From NCBI GenBank assembly GCA_043811375.1, contig JBDRNJ010000064.1:64001-128000 (forward strand): DNA of 64,000 nt, read 5' to 3'. The position numbers and the translations under genes were made by a program. Source of the DNA: a bacterium (GTDB lineage Bacteria > Zixibacteria > MSB-5A5 > GN15 > FEB-12). Shown in pieces: positions 50,866-59,073 of the stretch. How positions within the stretch are numbered: the first letter of the stretch is position 1; the number at the start of each line of letters is the position of its first letter. Below the pieces are notes generated by a model, which worked only from the letters and a program-made list of their open reading frames with translations, was not told where the DNA came from and made no database searches.

Positions 50866-51858
50866 TTAATGACCATGCCCGGCGTGGGCGTCCAGATTGC
50901 TCGTTACAATCTTGGCCTTCAGCTCGAAGGCGCCTTTTGGTACGTATTCGATGCCTTCACTCAGACCACTCACAATCTGGGTATACTTCGCATCGCTATC
51001 GCCTGTGACGACCTCGACGGGTCTGAATCTGTTAGGTCCATCTACGACAAATACCACGCTTGTATCGCTGAGATACTGAACAGCATCTTTCTCGACCACA
51101 AGATTCTCGTCTCGCCCTTCGGTCGTAATTGACGCTTGTACAAAGGTGCCGGGTCGCCAGGCGTTATCCGGGTTAGGCAGCGTAATCCTGGCGGTTGCGC
51201 TTCTTGTCCGGAAATCAATTATTGGAGTAATGTAATCTATGGTCCCTGTCGTCGAGTTCATCGAACCAACCGCCTTGATCTGTACCATCTGTCCCTTTTT
51301 AACTCGATCGAAATCCTTCGGATAGACCGCCAGGTTGACCCAAACCGAGGACAGGTCGGCAATTACGTAGATACTGTTTTCTTCAGAGACGAACTCGCCC
51401 GGAGTAATATGCCGCTCAATCACCCAACCAGAGAAGGGAGCCGTAATTGTATATGAATTCATACTTTCATTGCTTTCGACAATTGCCATAACTTTGTCGG
51501 TTTCAACGTAATCACCGACTCTGTATGTGGCTTGCTGTGCAATACCGGCGAACCGAGGCGCAATGTGAGCTACTCTGTCATCGTTAAACCCTACTTCTCC
51601 CGGTAATTCAATAGTCCGGTCGATGCGTCCTTGCTTTACAATCGATATCGTAATGCCGGCAAGTTTCATGGCTTCCGGAGTCAACTCGACTATGAGCTCT
51701 TCATTGTGTCCTTCATGATCGTCGTCATCAGCAAGATCATCATGTGCTTCTCGGGCCTTTTGTTCGTTGACGTGGTCATGGTCATCTTGAGCCGACACAT
51801 CAGAAACGAACCAGGGCAACAGCAAGGCAAAAAGTAATATCACAAATCTATCAGACAT
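50866..51858 (-). CDS. czcB: CzcB-family periplasmic adaptor
   Basis: His/Asp-rich N-terminus; IADLSSVWV; WRPGTFV; C-terminal HAGHGH. Confidence 0.9.
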   Translation of the reverse strand: MSDRFVILLFALLLPWFVSDVSAQDDHDHVNEQKAREAHDDLADDDDHEGHNEELIVELTPEAMKLAGITISIVKQGRIDRTIELPGEVGFNDDRVAHIAPRFAGIAQQATYRVGDYVETDKVMAIVESNESMNSYTITAPFSGWVIERHITPGEFVSEENSIYVIADLSSVWVNLAVYPKDFDRVKKGQMVQIKAVGSMNSTTGTIDYITPIIDFRTRSATARITLPNPDNAWRPGTFVQASITTEGRDENLVVEKDAVQYLSDTSVVFVVDGPNRFRPVEVVTGDSDAKYTQIVSGLSEGIEYVPKGAFELKAKIVTSNLDAHAGHGH

Positions 51859-51861
51859 CTC

Positions 51862-53175
51862 TTAATTCTCCTTATCTACACGCAATGCAACGCCGGTGAG
51901 GTATTCCAGGGCGATAATCTGTTCTTGAATTGCCAGAAACATGTCATTGTGCTCAAAGCTAAGATCATTAAGAGATCGTTCTGCTTCAAACAGTTGTGTA
52001 TATGGTACCCGGCCTGCTTCATATGCACTTTGGAGTGTACGATAAGCATATTCCGCGGTGGGCAGGAGCAAAGAATCCAAAGTAGCGTGTTTATTTATTA
52101 GTTGATTCAAGCGGATAGCTTGAGACTGAATGTTCGCTCTATTTTCGTTTTTTATCTGTTCGATTTTGTACTCAATAGAACGCAGCCTGGCATCTATGGT
52201 TTTTTGTAAACCCTGATTCCGGTTGAATAATGGGATCGGCAATGAAACGCCAAAGAGCAATGACTTAGAGTTATTCACTTCAAATCTCTTGAATCCTCCG
52301 CTAAAAGTAATGGTTGGCTTAGCTTCTGCCGCCACCAGTCTTTTCTCAGCTTGAAGAAGTTCCGATTCACTATGCATTTGCACAATGCCACGAGTGGAAT
52401 CAATTCGACTTGATAACGAAGCTACGTGATCCTGTAATTTGGTGAAGTCAGGTTTAGAGTTGATTGATATTTTCAAGCCCGAAGGTTTACCATTCCACAG
52501 AGAAACCAAAGTAGCTTCGACAGCCAATACATCTTGCTTTGCCTGGTCCAGTGTAAGCTGTGACCGTTGTTTTTCTAGCTGGGCGAGAATAAGTTCCGAC
52601 TGCAGAGCAGCTCCCTTATCAAGTCTGTAAGTTATGTCCTCGACGATTTCTTTAGCCAATACAACTGACGCTTCAGACAGAATTACATTTTGCTGTGCAT
52701 GGGCAAGAGCATAGAATCGCTGCTTTGTTTCAAGATAGAGATCAAATGCCGCCAGCTTTATCTGCAGATTGGTTGCATCGATTTCGGCTTTAGCGACATT
52801 TCTTCTTGCGCCCCGCTGTTTGAAAAACTCAAATTCCTGAGCGAGTGAGACAGAAAATTCAGACTCTTTGAAACCGGGAGCATCCCAGCCGATTTCCCCA
52901 AATTCAGCATCCAATTCCGGATTCGACCAGAGACCAGCCTGTTTAAGGTTGCTGTTTGCGGCCTTTAACAGAAAGCTGAATGACCGAAAAGCCGGGTTTT
53001 CAACTGCCACCAGTTTGAGGACATCGTCAAATGATAATATCGAATCAACAGATACTATTTTTATGTCGGCAGTATCAAATTGGGCTTGCCAGGAGTCCCA
53101 TCCTCGGGCATTGGGCGATAAAATCAAGATAATCACCAGGATAGAAGCTACTGGTAAATAAATGTATCCTTTCAT
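51862..53175 (-). CDS. czcC: CzcC/TolC-family outer membrane protein
   Basis: QAGLWSNPEL; SLPIPLFNRNQG; AYEAG; position in the operon. Confidence 0.88.
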   Translation of the reverse strand: MKGYIYLPVASILVIILILSPNARGWDSWQAQFDTADIKIVSVDSILSFDDVLKLVAVENPAFRSFSFLLKAANSNLKQAGLWSNPELDAEFGEIGWDAPGFKESEFSVSLAQEFEFFKQRGARRNVAKAEIDATNLQIKLAAFDLYLETKQRFYALAHAQQNVILSEASVVLAKEIVEDITYRLDKGAALQSELILAQLEKQRSQLTLDQAKQDVLAVEATLVSLWNGKPSGLKISINSKPDFTKLQDHVASLSSRIDSTRGIVQMHSESELLQAEKRLVAAEAKPTITFSGGFKRFEVNNSKSLLFGVSLPIPLFNRNQGLQKTIDARLRSIEYKIEQIKNENRANIQSQAIRLNQLINKHATLDSLLLPTAEYAYRTLQSAYEAGRVPYTQLFEAERSLNDLSFEHNDMFLAIQEQIIALEYLTGVALRVDKEN

Positions 53176-53270
53176 CTACAATTCTCCGTACAGGTTAATA
53201 CAATTCTCCAAATAGACCAGTAGACAGGCTGAATCGGAGAGCTATTCAGTTGTTATTTGAGATGAAAGAA

Positions 53271-53702
53271 TCAACAGCGAAGAATGATGGTTGCCATAGA
53301 TGCAGATGAGGGGCTCTGGCAAAAAGTCAAAAGAAACTTATCTTCCTGCGAATTACCGTTACCGGTGGATGAAGCAATTATGTCAGTGTAAAAAGCGGGT
53401 GCTGTAAACGGTATGACTGATTGAATAATATTGTTCTTTTGAAGACGTCTTGACCACAGCGGTCCGTCCAGTGCAAAATCTGAACAATTGTTACAATCAC
53501 TATGCTCATCGTGTACATCGTCAGATACATCGACATCACAAACTAATTCGGCATCGCTACAACATGGCAGACAATTAGCCTCAAACTTGATATGTCCGTC
53601 ATCACCGACACATAACTCCTGACTTGTTCCGCTGAAGACGAGTCCGACGAAAAAGATCAAGCACATTTGCCAAATTATTATTTTATGAGTCTGTAATTCC
53701 AT
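53271..53702 (-). CDS. Cys/His/Asp-rich exported protein upstream of czcCBA
   Basis: Hydrophobic N-terminus; LCVGDDGH..E..C.PCC...HDEHSDCNNC; C-terminal TIILRC; TTGACT-N17-TATTTT upstream. Confidence 0.7.
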   Translation of the reverse strand: MELQTHKIIIWQMCLIFFVGLVFSGTSQELCVGDDGHIKFEANCLPCCSDAELVCDVDVSDDVHDEHSDCNNCSDFALDGPLWSRRLQKNNIIQSVIPFTAPAFYTDIIASSTGNGNSQEDKFLLTFCQSPSSASMATIILRC

Positions 53703-53970
53703 AAGTTGTTAAAATAATGCCGATATTTATGATAGTCAATCTAATCATTGTATACAGTCATAAGTCTGATTTGTTCCCAAGACGAAGCGGGCTCGTTCGT
53801 ATCGGAGCATCTCATAGGGTGTCATTAATTTGATGGCAAAACCAATGCCTACATTCGGTATCTTGGTTATTTTTATTGAAGGTGGTGCAATTTAATGGGT
53901 TACGACTGTGTCTTCATGGACCAGGGCGTGGGCTACCAGGTAGTAGCCGGCTGCGCCCGCTCAGTCTCGA

Positions 53971-54342
53971 TTTGCCGACAAGGAGATAGGTACGGTTCAA
54001 AAGCAGCTCAGCATTCGAGAGAGGAAACTCGACTAGCTCTATGATGCCATTGAGGAGGAACATGTTTCTTCCGCCGATTTGACCCCACGGCTAAGGAAGC
54101 TGATGGCCGAGGTTGATCAGCCTCGCCAGCGAGTGCGAGAGCCTGAATTCCAAAGAGACAGATGTCATCCTTCGACGACAGTGAGCCCGTTGAGACTGAG
54201 ATCGTTTATCAATAGAACAGATCCGGATTACCCGCAAGTAACTGTGGAATATGCATTTCCGGTAATTCCCGGGAGGGGAGGGGTAGCTGAGGAAGCTCTT
54301 GCTAATGACAAATTAGGCGAGTTATACGAGACGAGTTTCTAA
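53971..54342 (+). pseudogene. Remnant of a large serine recombinase C-terminal region
   Basis: Frame reads KQLSIRERKLD*LYDAIEE..ADLTPRLRKL..LRSFINR...QVTVEYAFPV with an in-frame TAG at 54034-54036; resembles the coiled-coil and C-terminal strands of these enzymes (recognised by eye). Confidence 0.55.
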
Positions 54343-54487
54343 TAAGTCTTTCCTCGACTGAAGTCATTGCGCAGCATATGATTCACTCCAGTCAGCCAGC
54401 ATCTGTTGTGGGAGTTTGGGTTGCTAAAAACCGGTGTAACGGATTCTGTCTACTCTAATAGAGAATCAGACTGTCGAACCAATGGCA
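54324..54487 (+). repeat. 164-bp direct repeat, copy 1
   Basis: Matches 57077-57240 with 9 mismatches by manual alignment. Confidence 0.95.
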
Positions 54488-54752
54488 TTAGTCAAACTGT
54501 GGCTTAGATTTCAATATTACCTGTTCGGATTGTTTGACGACGTACATTTTTCTTTAAATCGACAAACTGTCTCAGATTAGTAGATCATAAAGGAATCACC
54601 CATTCGCGGCAGTGAAGAGTCTGCGTGAGTTTTGGTTGCAGCGAGCTCCTATCGTCGTAATGAGTTCATCAGAAAAATACCGCCGGTAGGAAAGATTTCG
54701 ATGAACAAAATCAGAATCTGCGGATTGTCTGGTTAAACAAGGAGAACTACCG

Positions 54753-56051
54753 ATGAGCCAAATGAGAATCTTTATCCCGATCACTGCCTTGCTTATGATC
54801 AGTTTCGGCTATTCGATGAATCTGTCGGCCGACGAGGTCGTCCGACCCACAGAAATCAAGAGCAAGCGGCAGGTCATCTATGACCAGCCAACTTACGCGA
54901 AAATGGCCCGGTTGTGGAAAGACTATTATGATGAGTATCCATCCGAAAATGCTTACGCCAACTGGATGTATGCCACCCGGTACGCCGAGCAGGAAGATTA
55001 TGCCCGGTTACTGGATGTGGGCATGGAGAAGTATCCTGCCAACCCCATGTTGCTGTACCTGAAATCCATGCTTCGTCACGGGGGCCAGGACGACGCGCAG
55101 GAGCGGAAGTATCTTGAAGAAGCAGTACGTCTCGATCCGGACTACGCTGACCCGTGGTTCTCCCTTGTGATTGTCTACATGAATGCGCGCGACGAGGAGC
55201 GGCTGAACCTTGCTCTGCGCCATCTGCTCGAGAGCGGGTCCATCACCGATGAGGTGATGGATTACAATTACAATACACTGATCGGTCTTGAAGAGAACGC
55301 CATTCTCATAACCAACGGTGACAATGATACCTACCCGGCGTGGATTCTGACACGAATACTCCGGATCCGTCCCGATGTAGATATCGTTAACCGCAGCCTG
55401 TTGAATTCGGAATGGTACCCGCTGTATGTCATTGAGCAGGGGCTGCCCCGGTTCATCAGTAGGAGCCAACTGGAGAAGCTGCGCGACTCTGCGGCGAAAA
55501 GGCTGAAAAAGGGAGATACGGGTGTGCCTCCGGGAGGGTTGGTTGGCGATACGCTCATTAAGTTGCTTGTGAATTCGGCTGAGCGGGCTCGGCTGCCGGT
55601 TTATTTTGCAACTACACTTTATGTCACCGAAGATCTGAAAGAGCTGGCCGAGAACGGCAGGCAACTCGGCCTGGCGACACTCGTCACACCATCCGATATG
55701 CCATACTACGACCAACTGCGGAACGTTTTCGCTACGTGGACGACCAAATTTCGGACCGGCGGATTGGATAGCTGGAGCCTGCATCATGCACCCAAAGCTG
55801 ATGCAGGCCGATCATTGGTGCGTAATTATGTTTCGGGTATCGCGGTTAACCTGCCGGTGCTGAAGAAAAACGCACCGGAACTTCGCCTTTCGCTGTTTAA
55901 CTGGTATATTGCACATATCGAGAAACACCTCAGTGAGGAAATGAGACACAAGGTCGCTCAGACATGGGCATGTTACGGATCGGACCTAATGCACGTTGAT
56001 GAATGGTGCAAGAAACAGGGATTGAAGTGCCCGGAGCCACAGGAACAGTGA
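54753..56051 (+). CDS. Exported TPR-like protein with a DUF2723/TMEM260-like GDNDTYP segment
   Basis: Signal peptide; helical repeats; NAILITNGDNDTYPAW...RPDV.IVN.SLLN..WY. Confidence 0.7.
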   Translation: MSQMRIFIPITALLMISFGYSMNLSADEVVRPTEIKSKRQVIYDQPTYAKMARLWKDYYDEYPSENAYANWMYATRYAEQEDYARLLDVGMEKYPANPMLLYLKSMLRHGGQDDAQERKYLEEAVRLDPDYADPWFSLVIVYMNARDEERLNLALRHLLESGSITDEVMDYNYNTLIGLEENAILITNGDNDTYPAWILTRILRIRPDVDIVNRSLLNSEWYPLYVIEQGLPRFISRSQLEKLRDSAAKRLKKGDTGVPPGGLVGDTLIKLLVNSAERARLPVYFATTLYVTEDLKELAENGRQLGLATLVTPSDMPYYDQLRNVFATWTTKFRTGGLDSWSLHHAPKADAGRSLVRNYVSGIAVNLPVLKKNAPELRLSLFNWYIAHIEKHLSEEMRHKVAQTWACYGSDLMHVDEWCKKQGLKCPEPQEQ

Positions 56052-56584
56052 ATCCGGAGTGGGACTGTTTTTTTCGCTGCCGACAGGGAGACGAAGAAGC
56101 GTGGCGCGTGTTGACGGAAAAATATCGGTCACGCCTTTTGACACTGGCGCTGCTTATTACCGGATCAGGCGCTGCGGCGGAAGACGTCGTTCAAGAGACA
56201 TTCGTCCGGGCGCTAGGCGGCGCCATTAAGAATACCTCAGGCACGGTACACGGTTTCCTGGGAACTATTGCCTTTCGCCTGGCCGTGAAAGAAACGCAGC
56301 GTATGCGGCGATATGTTCGCCTGGATGCGCTTGAACGATTCGATCACGGTGAGAATCCAATGGAACAACTCTTGAAGGATGAGCGTCAGCGTTTCATCGC
56401 GGGGGCAATTGGCAGCCTTAATGTAGAGCACCGCGACGTTCTCCTGTTGCGTTGCTATGGTGGGCACAGTTATGAGGAGATCGCCAAACTGTTGAAAGTT
56501 CCGATAGGAACAGTTAAGTCACGGATTTTCTATGCCGTCAAGTCCTGTCGCGACATATTACGGCGGAAGGGAATGTTAGAGTAA
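56048..56584 (+). CDS. ECF sigma-70 factor
   Basis: GDEEAW; AEDVVQETF; SYEEIAKLL.VPIGTVKSRI. Confidence 0.92.
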   Translation: MNPEWDCFFRCRQGDEEAWRVLTEKYRSRLLTLALLITGSGAAAEDVVQETFVRALGGAIKNTSGTVHGFLGTIAFRLAVKETQRMRRYVRLDALERFDHGENPMEQLLKDERQRFIAGAIGSLNVEHRDVLLLRCYGGHSYEEIAKLLKVPIGTVKSRIFYAVKSCRDILRRKGMLE

Positions 56585-57006
56585 TGCACATCAGTGAAGA
56601 TAAACTTATCGAGTACGCACTCGAAATCGTCGATGTTGATAACGAACGTGCAGAGATCGAAGAGCACCTTGAGACCTGTCAATTGTGTCGCTCAAGATTG
56701 AGAGAGGTGCGGAGCGATATTGATACCATCAGCAGCATTCGGCTAGACCGACCGGTTGCAGCGACACCGTCGAGCACTACGTGGCACGACGCAGTTTACC
56801 CATTACTTCGGGTGGCTGCTCTCATCGTAATCGGTCTGGTGGCGGGATTCGGTACATCACTATGGTTTGAGGATAAGCCGGCACGCGTGGTTTCGCAATA
56901 TGTGACGCTGTCATCACCGGCAGACTCCGTTAGCCGGTATGCTGCATCAGATGCAACTGATATATCATCGGACTATTACAGGCATATGTTACAGGATATT
57001 AAGTAA
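56584..57006 (+). CDS. Zinc-binding (zf-HC2) membrane anti-sigma factor
   Basis: HLETCQLC (HxxxCxxC); one TM helix; coupled to the sigma gene. Confidence 0.88.
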   Translation: MHISEDKLIEYALEIVDVDNERAEIEEHLETCQLCRSRLREVRSDIDTISSIRLDRPVAATPSSTTWHDAVYPLLRVAALIVIGLVAGFGTSLWFEDKPARVVSQYVTLSSPADSVSRYAASDATDISSDYYRHMLQDIK

Positions 57007-57076
57007 ATCCTTCCATATCAACTGTATGTCGTCAAACAAAGTGAACATGACGGTGTTGCAAGTTATTATGCGGACC

Positions 57077-57240
57077 ATACAAGACGAGTTTCTATAAGGA
57101 CTCGCCTCGACTGAAGTCATTGCGCAGCATATGATTCACTCCAGTCAGCCAGTATCTGTTGTGGGAGTTTGGGCTGCTAAAAACCGGTGTAACGGATTCT
57201 GTCTACTCTAATAGAGAATCAGACTGTCGAACCAATGGCA
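57077..57240 (+). repeat. 164-bp direct repeat, copy 2
   Basis: Near-identical to 54324-54487. Confidence 0.95.
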
Positions 57241-57258
57241 GCTGACAGAAAGGTGACT

Positions 57259-57366
57259 TTATTTATTCTTCTTTTCTTTTTTCGATTGTCGTTTTTCCTT
57301 TGGACTGCGCTGGGCCTTTTTCTGTTGTTCCCTTTTGCCCTTATCTTTCTTTCCTTTATCACCCAT
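57259..57366 (-). CDS. 35-aa Lys-rich peptide
   Basis: GGAG RBS then MGDKGKKDKGKREQQKKAQRSPKEKRQSKKEKKNK. Confidence 0.65.
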   Translation of the reverse strand: MGDKGKKDKGKREQQKKAQRSPKEKRQSKKEKKNK

Positions 57367-57531
57367 ATTTGTTTCTCCGTGTTTGAAATTGACTTGAGCC
57401 GGCCATGGTGGGTTTCTTTTTGTTCTTATATTATGCCAAAGCCGTACTCCAATAACAATATATACAGGTGGTGTTTGCGAATGGCAACAAAAAAAACTGG
57501 CCATCCCCTGGGTCGAAAATCGATGCGGGCC

Positions 57532-57671
57532 TTACGAGACGAGTTTCTAAAAAGCATTACCTCGATTGAAGTCATTGTGCGGCAGACGATATACTCCAGT
57601 CAGCCGGCATCTGTTGTGGGAGTTGGGGTTGCTTAAAATCGGTGTGGCGGATTCTGTCAACTCTAATAGAG
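57532..57671 (+). repeat. Diverged, right-truncated repeat, copy 3
   Basis: TACGAGACGAGTTTCTA...GAAGTCATTG...ACTCCAGTCAGCC..CATCTGTTGTGGGAGTT...CGGATTCTGTC.ACTCTAATAGAG. Confidence 0.9.
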
Positions 57672-57677
57672 CATGGA

Positions 57678-59072
57678 TTACTTGTAATGCTGCCGAATGA
57701 ACTCCTCGGTCTCCGGCAAACCTCCCTGGAGGATGAGGTAACCGTTATGCGGCTCACGCTCCGTGATTTCGTGATTGACGGGGTGTCGCATCATGCGCAT
57801 GACTTCGTCATGGTCATCGGTGTGACCGAGCACCCAGCATAATTTCATTAAAGCCGTCTCCGGGAGCATGTTGTCAAGGGGTATTACGCCGATGTCGAGC
57901 AGGTCACGTCCGGTGTCATAAACATACATCTGAGTAAATCCCCAGAGAGTTTGCACGGTCATAACAACGTGAACTCCATTGTCAATGGCCTTTTTCAGGG
58001 CTGGATAGAGCGGCTTATTGACATGGCCAAGACCGGTGCCCGCGATAACGATTCCCCGGTAGCCTTTCTCCACGTATGCGTCAACCAGGTTCGGGTTCAT
58101 GCCCGGATAGTAATAGAGGATGGAGACGTGATCATCGTATACGGGGTCGATGACAACCTTGCGTTGCCGGTCACGCGACAGGTAGTCGTCCGTGAGATAT
58201 TTGAACTTATCGTTGTGGACAATACAGAGCGGGATATCTCCTAACGTCCGGAACGTGCTGCGATATGAACTGTGCATCTTACGACACCTTGTTCCACGGT
58301 GGAGCAGCCCATATTGATCCGACGTAGGGCCGAACATGCAGATCTGTACTTCCGCAATGTCGCCGTGGGCAGCCGCGTTCACGGCGTGAATCAGGTTGAT
58401 TGCGGCGTCGCTACTCGGTCTATCAGAGCTCCGCTGACTGCCGACTATGACAATCGGGACGGGGCTATTCTGAACCATGAACGTCAGTATGGCGGCGCTA
58501 TGGCCCATTGTATCGGTGCCGTGGCCGATAACGATGCCGTCAGCACCGGCTTCGATTTCCTCGCCGATCGATTTGGCCAGAGTGATATATTGCTGTGCCG
58601 CCATGTTCTCGGAAAATACTCCGAACAGCTTTATTGTTTTCAGGTTGCAGATATTGGCCAGCTCCGGAACCGCGCCGTACAGTTCGCCGGGCGAGAAGGC
58701 CGGGATCACGGCACCAGTCCGGTAATCCAGACGGGATGCGATTGTGCCCCCGGTTCCGAGGAGCGTTACATTTGGAAAATCAGGATTCCGTGGAAATTCC
58801 TTTTCCGGGATTTTATAAATCGCCTCCTTGCGTCCGAGCTCCTCTATCTTACGAATGCGGTTCACGTTTACGCCGACGTTATAACCGTTTTTCATTTTGA
58901 TCACGATGTATTTGTCGTTGTGAGATCCGCTACGCGGCAATATGACTCCATTGAAGATACTACCAGCGTCATTGGTTACGCTCACGTCGCTCCAAACTCT
59001 TACACCCCATTCACTCAATTTTCTTCGGGCGAGGCCGGTGTAACCTTTTAACTCGTCTTTTTCCTGTCCCAT
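57678..59072 (-). CDS. gatD: Glu-tRNA(Gln) amidotransferase subunit D
   Basis: N-terminal GVILPR...KMKNGYNVG domain; TGGTIASRLDYRTGAV; HGTDT; GSQRSSDRPSSD; RKMHSS. Confidence 0.93.
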   Translation of the reverse strand: MGQEKDELKGYTGLARRKLSEWGVRVWSDVSVTNDAGSIFNGVILPRSGSHNDKYIVIKMKNGYNVGVNVNRIRKIEELGRKEAIYKIPEKEFPRNPDFPNVTLLGTGGTIASRLDYRTGAVIPAFSPGELYGAVPELANICNLKTIKLFGVFSENMAAQQYITLAKSIGEEIEAGADGIVIGHGTDTMGHSAAILTFMVQNSPVPIVIVGSQRSSDRPSSDAAINLIHAVNAAAHGDIAEVQICMFGPTSDQYGLLHRGTRCRKMHSSYRSTFRTLGDIPLCIVHNDKFKYLTDDYLSRDRQRKVVIDPVYDDHVSILYYYPGMNPNLVDAYVEKGYRGIVIAGTGLGHVNKPLYPALKKAIDNGVHVVMTVQTLWGFTQMYVYDTGRDLLDIGVIPLDNMLPETALMKLCWVLGHTDDHDEVMRMMRHPVNHEITEREPHNGYLILQGGLPETEEFIRQHYK

Positions 59073-59073
59073 A

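Noticed and set aside
54034..54036. In-frame TAG as possible pyrrolysine or recoding
   Set aside because: The surrounding frame lacks a start and catalytic domain, and TAG is used as a normal stop by other genes in the window
57235..57636. 133-aa plus-strand ORF
   Set aside because: The Phe/Leu-rich part is the antisense of the Lys-rich peptide gene and the tail is repeat copy 3
54324..57671. CRISPR array or integron attC interpretation of the repeats
   Set aside because: Units are 140-164 bp with spacing from about 0.3 to 2.6 kb; no cas or intI gene is present; I saw no RYYYAAC/GTTRRRY ends
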